The notes under the pieces: model-generated
What the model was told of the DNA's origin: nothing
Databases searched by the model: none
What the model saw: only the letters and a program-made list of their open reading frames with translations
From: Octopus sinensis
Lineage: Eukaryota
Direction: 5' to 3'
Length of the DNA stretch: 64,000 bases
NCBI RefSeq assembly: GCF_006345805.1
Contig: NC_043000.1
Span: forward strand, 74,524,001 to 74,588,000
Translations under genes and position numbers: made by a program
Part shown: piece after piece, positions 36,990-47,630 of the stretch
Position numbering within the stretch: the stretch's first letter is position 1
How the letters are laid out: every line of letters starts with the position of its first letter

Positions 36990-39250
36990 AGATGTCTAGA
37001 TGGAGGGAATATTAGAAAAAATTGTCGAATTGAAACTGGAAGAAGATTCAGATGAAGAGAGTCTGCTAACAAAGAGAAACAGAAAACAGGAACCAAAAAT
37101 AATGAAGTCGCCAACCACAAAAAAGAATACTGATGTACCAAGCCTTCTAACAAAGGTAAAAATTGAAGAGAAAAAAAGAAAAAGAAAAGAAACAGACTTC
37201 ACTGCTGTGGTGGGTGCAAAAGTAAGACAAATCAACTTGAATAACATGGAGGTTCATAAAAAATTATTAACAAGGGAGGGACATGAAACCATAGTGGTCC
37301 CTCCTAAGAGTATACAGAAAGAGTTGGAGAAGACAACTCTAATTTTCAAAACATAAAGTTAAAGAAAAAAAAGATTGACTATGTTGTGGAGACTGAAATT
37401 GAAAAATGCCTCAAACCAATATGGAAGAAAATAAAATACATATCAAGAGGAAGACGATTCGCAATGGTAGAGGTCAGGATGGTGTCGGAAGAGGAAGCCT
37501 GGCTCCATTTTGTAGACCCAGTGAGAACAGAAAAAGTGATGCTTCTACCCATATATATGTGTAGAAGATCATTGTGAATTAGCATTACAAATATCCCCCC
37601 TGAGGTGGACCCAGGGTGGCTTGTCGCAGCAGTGACACTGGGCTTGGAGGATAAAATTATGATATTAGATGCTGCTGTGATGGAACCACGCAACTGGCAT
37701 GGACAAAGCATTCAAATTATCATACAAGTGGAACAAATCACACTAGAAGAGATTACAGAAATTATCGAGGTTGGTGAGACCCATCTAGTAGTGATGGTGG
37801 AGGGTCACCAGCCTCAATGCTTCCAGTATGGCAAGAAGGGCCACCTCAGGGCAGACTGTAAGCCCAAAGAAGCAGAGAGAAAGAAAGAAGATGTGGAGAA
37901 GGAACTGGTAGAGAAAGAACCAACGACGTTGTCCTGCAAGCAACACCAATGCCAGAAGAAACAGAAGGGGAGGGGTGGTCTCTGGTACAGAACAAGAGGA
38001 AGATGAAGCCACCCTCCCCAGAAAAAAAAGGAAAAGCGGTGCTAGCAAAAAGATTGATGCGTGTTGCGGATTGCCTGATCGGGAAAGCACAAACCTGTGC
38101 GGTTCCCGGCAGGATAATCTGCATCTTATACACTATACCGTAGTAGGGTATGGTAATAATTCTGGCTAAAGCATTCGATAGGGTGGACCATCGTTACCTG
38201 GATTCTGTTCTTGCACAATTTGGACTGGGTCTTGGTTTCCACAGGTGGATCATACAGTTGTATAACAACATTGACTTGATCGTTCGGGTGAACGGCTTTC
38301 ATTTCAAAGTCATTCTGCATCAAAGGGTCGGTTCACCAAGGGTGTCCGCTCTCTCCGCTTTTATATGTATTGGCTCTCGAGCCATTACTGCGAAAGCTGA
38401 GTGGCCTCCTGACGAATTCAGGAGGTGGAGGATTGGTTACAGTGTACGCGGATGATATCACTATCATCCTGACCAAGATGGACCTCCTACGGAAAGTAGG
38501 CAATACCATCAAGTTTTACAAGACAGTGGCAGGAGTGAAAATTAATTGGGAAAAATCAGTCAGCTTGCAACTTAGCACCTGGAGGGGCAAGTCGATGCCT
38601 TCGAATAGCGTCGTTGGATGCTGGATGGAGGGCCTGCATAAGTTGCTAGGAATCTGGTTTGGTCCAGATCTCTAAATAGAAAAGAACTGGTCTAAGGTAT
38701 CGAGCAAGGTGGCCTACTTAGTCAAGACCTGGTCTTGGCAGGGGCTATCCTTGAAAGGGAGGGCAGAGGTGGATAATGTGTTTATCGCATTGGTCATCAT
38801 TTACCACCTAACTGTTGTTCCTTGTCCAAATTCGTGGTCGAGCAAGTTGGAGAGGCAAATCTTTTGCTTTTTGTGGAAGAACTCCACTCCACTTGTAAGA
38901 CGTTCTATTTGCTGTCAAAAGCCATTAAAAGGTGGATTAGGGATGCCTCAGCTGTTTATGCGAAAGCATGCGCTGAGGTTGAGGCACGTCTCTGATATGA
39001 CCAGTAGATGGAATTTTTAAATGTTTGTAATATTTTTGTGATGTTTTAGTACATCCTTTTAATGTTTTATCATCTCAAATTTTATTACATCAATGTATTG
39101 TAACTTTTAAATCTAAAATTTACTGTGTTTTATGTATCATAGCAATATTTATCTATTTATATGTATTTTTATATTTGGAATTTTTATATCAGTTTTATAA
39201 ATGTAGAAGAATATATATATATATTTGATTTTGTGTGGGGCTATTAATTA
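36990..39250 (+). mobile_element. Internally deleted L1/Tx1-type LINE (ORF1 joined directly to RT; endonuclease and C-terminal domain missing)
   Basis: ORF1 with knuckle CFQYGKKGHLRADC, then AKRL..QTCAVPG, KAFDRVDH, YADD, KIN.EKS, GGLGMP. Confidence 0.85.
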
Positions 39251-39490
39251 TGTTCCTCTAGTTTCCGCCTGCATTGCCTCCATTCAGATTATTAAACAGA
39301 ATATAGCTCACTTGGAGCACTACAACTCCAGTCTGTATTTTCTTTGCGAGTATTGTTAATATTGGGTATCTCAAAATAAAGCAGTATATTTTATATGTGT
39401 ATATGTGTGTGTGTGTGTCTGTATGTATGGTGGTTGTCTGTTCCTTATGCAGAGTTTGACCATATTTAATATGAGCAATATATACATATA

Positions 39491-39854
39491 TCTCTATATA
39501 TATAAACGGCAAAATGTCTGTGTGCGTGTCCTTTATACAAATCCACAATTTTTCAGTTAGAGGACTTGCACTTTCTATGGTCATTCAAAACCGTCCAAGG
39601 GTGGTCGTGCACATCTTTACATTTCCCCAGTCACCCTGCAAAGCCATTAAAAAAATCAATAGAAGTGACTTTTTGTGAATTTTTTATCCCAAACCCAATC
39701 AAAATGCCCGAAACTTGATACGCCAATTGAATGCCAGCTAGCTATATGTGATTGGTCAGAGATTTGGACAGTACTCGTGTGTATGTGTGCATGCACGCAG
39801 CTGTATATGCATGCACTAGCACTATGACCCAGTGCTGCCGGGTCATAGTGCTAG
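39491..39854 (+). mobile_element. Non-autonomous Helitron-like element
   Basis: TC start, 12-bp subterminal hairpin gcactatgaccc/gggtcatagtgc, CTAG-t end. Confidence 0.85.
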
Positions 39855-40041
39855 TTTTTTAATAATATATTATTATTACTAATATAAGGAAATCAATATC
39901 GAATTTTTCACAAAGATATACCCATATGAAAGATTTTATGTATTAAAAATATATATAAATAAATAAATGAATATTAAAAATCTAAATATGATGTATAAAA
40001 TAAATTTGAAAGTTTAAAAGTTTTGAATTAAGTTTTTAAGC

Positions 40042-40131
40042 ATTTTACGATTGTTTCGCAAAAGGGTTGTCCTTATAATGAAGTCCTATATTGATAAGCA
40101 CTTATAGACAACCCATCTGCTCTTCAGAGAT
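40042..40131 (-). ncRNA. Long-stem-II hammerhead ribozyme with weakened stem I
   Basis: atct-CTGAAGA-gc agat gggttgtc...gacaaccc tttt gc-GAAA-caatcg-TA-aaat; decayed Penelope-like sequence upstream on the minus strand (~40130-40560). Confidence 0.65.
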
Positions 40132-42404
40132 ATAAAATATGAATATTGTATAATGTATTGAATGATATTTCTTTTTTAAATTTGAATTAAAATTGTGAAA
40201 TGGTGTTTGTAGAAAGATGTTTGTAAAATAGTGTTTGTTTGAAATGTAAAATAAAAATTAAAAATTACTACTTTTGATGAGAGTTTTAAATCCCTATATA
40301 TTTCCTTGGTTACTCTTCTGCAAAAATCCATAATATTCATACTCAATATCTGTCATATTATCTTGCATTCCAGTATAGTTCATGTAGATTAGTTGAGAAA
40401 TGTGAAAAGTGCATATACTATAGTATGAGAGTCTTGAAATTCACATGTCTTCTTGGTAATTCCTCTGTAGCAATCCATGACACTTTTGTATAAAATTCAT
40501 TACATTATACGGTAATCCAAATATAGTTCTTAATACAAAATCAAACTATATTTTAAATTATATTTGAAGCCATGAATTTGTAAATATTTCTTTATTTGGC
40601 ACTCAGGGCACCAACATAGAGGGGACACTACAAGGACAGACACAACACCACAGTGGGGACAGTAAACATAAAAATGCAGACGATTTCCTTGAACTGGTGC
40701 TGAATTCGAAGTGGTCCCAAGTTGTTACCTCCCCCACAAGGGGTAACAACACTTTGGATCTGCTACTTACCGCTTCTCCTGAAACAATCATTAGTGTCGC
40801 TACCGAAGAACCTTTGGGTGACTCTGATCATTCCATGATCATGGCCGACTTGTCTCTGATTGGTTGTAACAAAAAACACAACCATCTTCAGATTGCCCGC
40901 TTTGACTGGAATAAAGCAAACTGGAGCTCTTATTGTACGGAGCTGCAACGCCCAAACTGGCGTGAATTTTATGCCTCTGGAGATGTGGACACTATACTCC
41001 AGAACATTCTGAATTCAATATGGGCAGCATGTGCAGCATCAGTACCACGCAAGCACAAAAAACCACCCAATAGTGCAATTTGGGAGACTGCAGCAGTCCG
41101 ACTTGCCAGGAAAGAATGCCGTAATGCTGAACGGGAATACAAATTGCACAAATCAGAGAGCAACAGGAAAAAGCGCAATAGGTCAGCCAACCACCTCAAG
41201 CAGGTGACAAAAAAGGCAGTGCTTGAATTTGAACAATGCATTGCAGCTAACCCTGACAGCAAAGGGTTCTGGAAGTATGTGCACTCAAAGCAGAGACCCC
41301 ACTCTCCTGTTGGTCCCCTTCGCAATCCCCACACAGGACAGATTACTGGCAATCCCGAAGAATGTGCAGAAATCATTGCTGGATGCTATGCCGGCATCTT
41401 TACTGTCGAAGACCAAAATGTTCCATCATCATCACCACTGACATCGGACTCTATATCTTCTATGCAATTTACACCAGCAATGCTGCAACGCCACCTAAAG
41501 AATAAACGCAATTATGCCTCTCCTGGTCTCAATGGTGTTACATACCTACTTCTCAAACGCGGTGGGTACTTTCTTCTAAGCCAACTTTCTCTATTCTTCC
41601 AATTCTGTCTTGACAATGGTGTTACTCCAGAACAGTGGAAAACTGCCAGTGTCATGCCTCTGTTCAAAAAAGGCGACCGCACATCGCCTGTCAACTATCG
41701 CCCCATCAGTCTTACTAGCTGCATCACCAAACTGATGGAATCCTGTATCAGAGAAACCCTCTGGAACTTCTGGAAGTCTCACAGCCTCATCCAGCCATCA
41801 CAATTCGGATTTGCAAATTTGACTGACCAATTTAGATGAGTTCTAGTTTGTATACACCATTAACGGTTATAAGTTACTAATCTCTCATTAGACAGCACAC
41901 ACATACATGTATGTATGCATACATGTATGTGTGCATACATGCATACCTGCATACATGCATATATACATTATGTCAGGGAAACCCTCTGGAACTTCTAGAA
42001 GTCTCACATCCTCATCCAGCCGTCACAATTTGGATTTATTCCTAACTCCAACTGCTGTAATCAACTCATTGAGTTTCTTGAGGACATTACCCATGTGGTT
42101 GATGAAAGGAGCACAACAGAACAAGGAAATAGGAAACAGAAGTGCAACAGGGTCTTACCTGACAGGGGATGAAGTCGGATGGCCTTCAGCCAACTTGCTC
42201 GCGTTTCGTCGTCTCGGTGCCTTCGTCCGGTCTGTCGCCACCGCTCGATGCCGCACGTGCCTTTTTGTCGCTCACTTCCGCTTCCGCCGGCGCATGCGCC
42301 CTGCAAGACCTGTAAGCATCACTTCCGCTCCCGCCCGTCCCGTCACACTCCTTCATCACCACACCACACGCCCCCCTGATCTATAAATCACTGAACCGGC
42401 TTCC

Positions 42405-45326
42405 TCACTCGCTCCCGCACCCGAAACTGGTTTCATAATCAGCCAGCCAGGGAGGAGGGTGCCGCTCCCTCTGTGGTCGCAGCGCGACCCTAGGACTTGT
42501 TTCAGGTGTGTTGCTGTCGACCTCGTCATCCTGTCGGTTGTTTTCGTTCTGCCCACTGTTGCTTGTCCCATCCTCTGGGGCATGGACAATCCTCCGTATG
42601 TCCAAAACGTGGCGTGGCATACCATCGATGGAGATGTTATTCTTCGAATTTACGGAGGTTATTGTCCCCTTTCCCCATTGCGATGTACACCGTGCGTTTG
42701 GGGGTTTTACCCAGACTTCCTCCCCGACCCGCACGAAGGCGTGCTCTTCCTCTGCCCCGGGTTGCATTGATTTAGTACACGGATGCCTCCACTCGTACCT
42801 GAATATTGCTCTGTGTGGCACCGATTCCTCAGCCTGTCCGGATCGGGGAGACAAGTTGTACCAAAAAACTGCTTCAAGCGGCGAAATGTGCCCTCTTTCC
42901 GCTATGGCCTTGACTGTCCGATGGTGCCTCTCCACGATCCCGTTACCGCCCGGCCTATACGCTGCTCTGAACAAGCGTCGCACGTTCCACCGATCAAGCA
43001 TAACCACCAATGCTTCCGAACGAAATGCCGCCCCGTTGTCCATCAGTAGTTCTTCCACGGGACCTCTCTCTAAGAATATCCCGTTCAGGATCTGCATGAT
43101 CTCGTCAGCAATGCCCGATCTCAACTCCCTCCAAACGGCCAGCCGGCCCGGCCCACAGTCGACCATGGAGAGGTACGTTCGCTGACGGTAGTGTGTCACA
43201 TCCACAGCTAGCCTTTTCCAGTTCTGCTCCATGGAAAGGCTTCCCTGTTCATGCCCACACGGAGCAGGGTCGATGGACTGACACCTGTCGCAGCTCCCGA
43301 CCACCTTCCGGACGCTTCTCCTGGTCACGTCAGCATCAATCTTTTTTGCCAGATACAGGGTCCTGTCCACACCCATGTGATGCATAGCGTGCAATTTCTT
43401 CAGCTCAGAGTCATCCAACCGACACGCCGCAGCTATCCCTCTCCGCGCCTCCTCCGGTTCTTCCAACCACGCCCTTTTCACCCTGGTCAGTACGTCCGCC
43501 TTGTTTTTCTCCGAAGGCACGAAGACCACGTTCAGCTTCAGTCCGAATTCGGCGATCAATTCACCTAGAACTCCTAGACGGCGCTTCACTAACATCTCCG
43601 CAGCACCTTTCGTCCGCACTCTCCTGTCACCGGTGATCACTGATCCTACCCAGCCAAGCACAGTGGCCGAATCCATCCGCATTTCAATCGTGCGCAGCCC
43701 CCATTTCAAGGCCAAGTTCACCCCTTTCAGCAGCGCGTCTAGTTCGGCGACATTGATGTGGTTGAAATCATCTGCTTTTCGAAGCCAGGCCGCGTCCTCC
43801 ACCGCAGTGCCTTCAATTGCCAACACCACCCCTATCGCTATACTGCTAGCATCACACCAGACAGTCCCGCATTTCGTCCTGGGCACGTACCAGTTCCCCC
43901 TGACCGGGTCTTCCGCTCTTGTCCTCTCTAGGATCTCCTGCATCATCGCCACCGTCCCTTCTCCCACCTTGTCGCCCCACCTCTCTCCTTCTGCTCGTCT
44001 CTTGGTGAAACTACACGCCGTGCGCAGCCATCCAGCGATCGGGTAGTGACCGACCAACTTCCCACACACCGAGAACAGCTCTCTCCTGCTGACGCTGGAA
44101 CTCAGCTCCGGGATTTCATTTCCTCTCCGGAACACCAATTCACCTGATCTATCTCTTCGCAGCTTCAGCCCCAGCGCGGCTCCCCCTTCAATCGACTCCG
44201 GTGGCTTAGCAATCAGTCCGAACTTCTCCAGATGTCTCACTACCTCGTTGGCTGCCACTACAGTGTCGTCCACCAAAATGTCGTCAATGTAGGAGCTGGT
44301 GGCCTTTCTGATCTTGCCGTCTTTCCCTAGGACGGACCTAAGCACTGCCGCCATGATCTTCGGAGCAGAATTCAGCCCGAAACCCAGCCTGGTTAGACAG
44401 TACGTCCGGCCCTTGTACCGCACCAGCTGATATTGCCATAGTTTGTCGCTCACATGGAGCTGCAAGTATGCCGATCTCAAGTCGACAATCGTCGCTGCCT
44501 CAGTCGACTGTCTCCACTTGCGTAATGCCTCACCACAAACGTCTGTCGCCTCACCTCCCGTGTGACACGATATGTGCTGGTTTAGCTCCCTGAAGTCCAG
44601 CACCGGTCTGACTTTTCCCTTCGTAGGCTGCACCACCGCCATCAGGGGTAGCACTCCGCCCGCTACCTCCTCCTTCCAAGGGACAAGGACCCCTTCCTCG
44701 ATCCACCTCTCCACCTCGTCTTCAAACTCAACCCTGGCGTGGCCTTTCAGAGTATGCTGGTAACAGCTCACCCTGTTCTCCAGTGTCGGGGGCTCGCCCT
44801 TCCATTTCCACTCTATCGTCCACCGCTGACCATCGAACGCCGCCTGAAAGTCCTTGTCCTCGATGGTGTAAGCGGCGCCGTCCCTCGCGGGGCTCTGCTC
44901 CCTCTGGTGATCCTGACTCGCAGTGCACGACGCCCCCACGCTTCCGAACGTGACCTTATTTCCCACAACGCTGACGCCACCGAGGCAGTTGATGGCGTCC
45001 ATCCCCATCACCACATCAACTCCATTTATCACACGTTCGGCCACAATTGCCTGTAGCCTTAGTGTCGCGCCGCGCACCACTATCTCTACCGTGCTGCTGC
45101 CTCTGCAACGGATTTCGCTGCCGTCGACCGCCCGGACACTACACACCCCGTTCCATTCCTTCGTCACCCTCGAAGTCACCAGGGTGGTCGTACAGCCCGT
45201 ATCCACGAGGGCCTTGAACGCCTCCCCCTCGGCCTCCACGTCAATCACTGGCAGTGTCTCCAATAGCGCCTCTACTCGTTTGAGGGGAAAGTTCGAGAGG
45301 CAGCAACTTCCCCGCGGTCGTTTCCC
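42405..45326 (-). CDS. pol: Pol of B (PR-RT-RNase H-IN), probably reached by -1 frameshift
   Basis: 976-aa ORF: LVDTG, RPVLDFRELN, YIDD, WCDASS/HINVAEL/NKAD, HHCC (H..H..C..C), DVT..MDNG..ERHH. Confidence 0.95.
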   Translation of the reverse strand, partial: GKRPRGSCCLSNFPLKRVEALLETLPVIDVEAEGEAFKALVDTGCTTTLVTSRVTKEWNGVCSVRAVDGSEIRCRGSSTVEIVVRGATLRLQAIVAERVINGVDVVMGMDAINCLGGVSVVGNKVTFGSVGASCTASQDHQREQSPARDGAAYTIEDKDFQAAFDGQRWTIEWKWKGEPPTLENRVSCYQHTLKGHARVEFEDEVERWIEEGVLVPWKEEVAGGVLPLMAVVQPTKGKVRPVLDFRELNQHISCHTGGEATDVCGEALRKWRQSTEAATIVDLRSAYLQLHVSDKLWQYQLVRYKGRTYCLTRLGFGLNSAPKIMAAVLRSVLGKDGKIRKATSSYIDDILVDDTVVAANEVVRHLEKFGLIAKPPESIEGGAALGLKLRRDRSGELVFRRGNEIPELSSSVSRRELFSVCGKLVGHYPIAGWLRTACSFTKRRAEGERWGDKVGEGTVAMMQEILERTRAEDPVRGNWYVPRTKCGTVWCDASSIAIGVVLAIEGTAVEDAAWLRKADDFNHINVAELDALLKGVNLALKWGLRTIEMRMDSATVLGWVGSVITGDRRVRTKGAAEMLVKRRLGVLGELIAEFGLKLNVVFVPSEKNKADVLTRVKRAWLEEPEEARRGIAAACRLDDSELKKLHAMHHMGVDRTLYLAKKIDADVTRRSVRKVVGSCDRCQSIDPAPCGHEQGSLSMEQNWKRLAVDVTHYRQRTYLSMVDCGPGRLAVWRELRSGIADEIMQILNGIFLERGPVEELLMDNGAAFRSEALVVMLDRWNVRRLFRAAYRPGGNGIVERHHRTVKAIAERGHISPLEAVFWYNLSPRSGQAEESVPHRAIFRYEWRHPCTKSMQPGAEEEHAFVRVGEEVWVKPPNARCTSQWGKGTITSVNSKNNISIDGMPRHVLDIRRIVHAPEDGTSNSGQNENNRQDDEVDSNTPETSPRVALRPQRERHPPPWLADYETSFGCGSE
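45268..45326 (-). promoter_or_regulatory. -1 programmed ribosomal frameshift signal (G_GGA_AAC, 6-nt spacer, H-type pseudoknot)
   Basis: Heptamer in the gag frame with pol in -1; stem 1 ggggaagtt/aactttcccc, stem 2 gcctct/agaggc. Confidence 0.8.
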
Positions 45327-46036
45327 TGGCCGCAATCACGGGCAATGTGCCCTGTCTGCCTGCATCGATAGCAAACTGGCCCCGGCTGCGTACAGTCCCG
45401 CGCCATGTGCGGTCCTTGGCATTTAAAACATCGTCCTGAGAACGGCCGCTCTCGTTGCACGGTGGGCTTCCGTACCTCTTTCTCGAGACGTCGTCCGTCT
45501 TTACGCGCCTCCGTCACCGCCATCACTATCCCCTTCCGCCCCGAGTGTCTCGTCAACCCGCGAGCATGAGTTACAAGCTCGCTCAATGGCATCTTTTTGA
45601 CCCCGGGCAGTTGTTGTAGGTGAATCCCTACATCATCGGGGAACCCATTTACAAATGCCAGTCGGGCTGCTCTCTCCATTCCTTCTCCGGCAAACCCGGC
45701 CAGAGTCGCTAGCCTTCTAGCTTCCGCCGCAAAATCATCCACCTGGCCTCCCGTCCACCTGATTGCACCCAGCTTAGCGAAAGCTGTGTACTCGCATTCT
45801 GTGTATGCGTCACACAAGCGCCGCTCTATATTCCCATCGCAGAGCCGTTCTTTTTCGTCCATTTCCAGGTAAAGCGACAACGCACTTCCTTCCAAATACA
45901 GGGCCATAAGACTCGCCACGTCGCTTATGCCCTGCAGTCTCGCCACCAGCCTGATTTTCTGAATCCAGGCCACTACATCGCCTTCGCCGTTAAAAGGTCT
46001 GACGACGTCACTGGCGATCCTAATTTTTGCCGACAT
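45272..46036 (-). CDS. gag: Gag of B with two zinc knuckles
   Basis: MSAKIRIAS... 254 aa; CFKCQGPHMARDC and CYRCRQTGHIARDC. Confidence 0.92.
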   Translation of the reverse strand: MSAKIRIASDVVRPFNGEGDVVAWIQKIRLVARLQGISDVASLMALYLEGSALSLYLEMDEKERLCDGNIERRLCDAYTECEYTAFAKLGAIRWTGGQVDDFAAEARRLATLAGFAGEGMERAARLAFVNGFPDDVGIHLQQLPGVKKMPLSELVTHARGLTRHSGRKGIVMAVTEARKDGRRLEKEVRKPTVQRERPFSGRCFKCQGPHMARDCTQPGPVCYRCRQTGHIARDCGQGNDRGEVAASRTFPSNE

Positions 46037-46080
46037 CGTGTTGACAAAAATGTTGAAAAAAATGTGAACGCTGACTAAAT

Positions 46081-46092
46081 GCCGAAATAGCT
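46081..46092 (-). promoter_or_regulatory. Putative primer-binding site of B, complementary to tRNA-Phe nt 1-12
   Basis: Plus strand gccgaaatagct abuts the 5' LTR, same 12-mer as in A. Confidence 0.78.
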
Positions 46093-47630
46093 TGTGGTTG
46101 ATGAAAGGAGCACAACAGAACAAGGAAATAGGAAACAGAAGTGCAACAGGGTCTTACCTGACAGGGGATGAAGTCGGATGGCCTTCAGCCAACTTGCTCG
46201 CGTTTCGTCGTCTCGGTGCCTTCGTCCGGTCTGTCGCCACCGCTCGATGCCGCACGTGCCTTTTTGTCGCTCACTTCCGCTTCCGCCGGCGCATGCGCCC
46301 TGCAAGACCTGTAAGCATCACTTCCGCTCCCGCCCGTCCCGTCACACTCCTTCATCACCACACCACAACCCAAATCACTGATCGCGGATCCTGGGTGGAT
46401 GTTGTTTACCTGGACTTTGCTAAGGCTTTTAACTCTGTGCCACACAAAAGACTTATGTTGAAACTCTCTGCGTTGGGCGTAAGAGACGATCTCTATAACT
46501 GGTTGAAGTCCTTTATTTTCGGCCGAAAAGAGGTTGTCACAGTTCTAGGACAGCACTCTTCACCCTATGAGATGACATCTGGTGTACCACAGGGATCTGT
46601 TCTTGGCTCCCTTTTATTTGTTGCATATGTTAATGACATAGATGCCAACTTAAAGAATGCCACAGTGCTGAAATATGCAGATGACATCAAGCTGTACCTC
46701 GAAATAAAGAGGTCAAATCCTGTACACTATGGATCTCTATTGCAAGCAGACCTGGACACAATGCAGCAGTGGATCATGGACTGGCAACTCAAGCTGGCTG
46801 TGGACAAAGGTACCACCATGCATTTTGGGAGGAGAAACCCAGCGTCCACCTACTCCCTCCACAACACTAGTCTCAAAAAGTCTTCAAGTGAACGTGACCT
46901 GGGTGTTATTGTCGACAGTGATTTGCGTTGGACAAAACACATCGCTAAAATTGTCAAGAAGGCTGAGGGTGTCTTGGCATCACTCACCAAATCCTTTGTG
47001 AGCCGCTCTCCAGCTATCTATCTGCGGCTTTATATAGCTATGGTAAGACCTCACCTGGAATTTGCATCACCGGTCTGGAACCCCTATCTTGCCCAGGACA
47101 TCAATCGTCTGGAAGCTGTTCAGCGACGTGCAACCAAAAGAATACCCTCCATCAGGCATTTGCCATATCCTGAACGCCTTACTTCCCTGGGCATGGACAC
47201 ATTGAAACTCCGACGTCTGGCAGCTGACTTGGCAGACACCCATAAAATTATCAACCATCGCACAAACAATAACTCTGAGCACCTCTTCAAACTCCACCCA
47301 TCTAACACCCGTGGACATATTTACAAAGTAAGAAAACAGCACAGCTCTCATGACTTCAGGAAACATTTTTTCACGCTGAGAGTTGCTGAAGCGTGGAACA
47401 AACTGCCGGCATCGGTTGTTAGTTGTCGGAGCACTGCATCCTTCAAAACTTCCATGCTTCCTGAGATTCGCCAACACTACACTTGATTTTCTCCCCTCCA
47501 TACACACACAAGCATGTTCACTTTCCAGACATTTCTACATTACTGCATGTACTTTATATGCACTTTCTGACAAGTTGTGGTGCACCTGAGCACTGTATAC
47601 AATAATTTCATTATTATTATCATTATTATT

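Larger units (their letters stand above)
42094..46367 (-). mobile_element. Intact, very young and compact (4274 bp) Ty3/Gypsy-type LTR retrotransposon B
   Basis: Identical 275-bp TG...CA LTRs (42094-42368, 46093-46367), 5-bp TSD ACCCA, uninterrupted gag and pol, purine tract at 42369-42377 on the minus strand. Confidence 0.98.
40660..47630 (+). mobile_element. CR1/L2-group LINE ORF2, split by a 160-bp insert with a ~62-bp duplication and by element B; (TTA)n tail
   Basis: TRGNNTLDLLLT, SDH, NYRPISLTS, QFGF, DVVYLDFAKAF, SGVPQGSVLG, YADD, RDLGVIVD, RPHLEF, FFTLRV...WNKLP; stop at 47486. Confidence 0.93.

Noticed and set aside
46081-46092. Self-priming or canonical 3'-tRNA priming as the explanation for the PBS of A and B
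   Set aside because: The complementary 12-mer is not in either LTR, and no TGG-starting tRNA complement follows the LTR.
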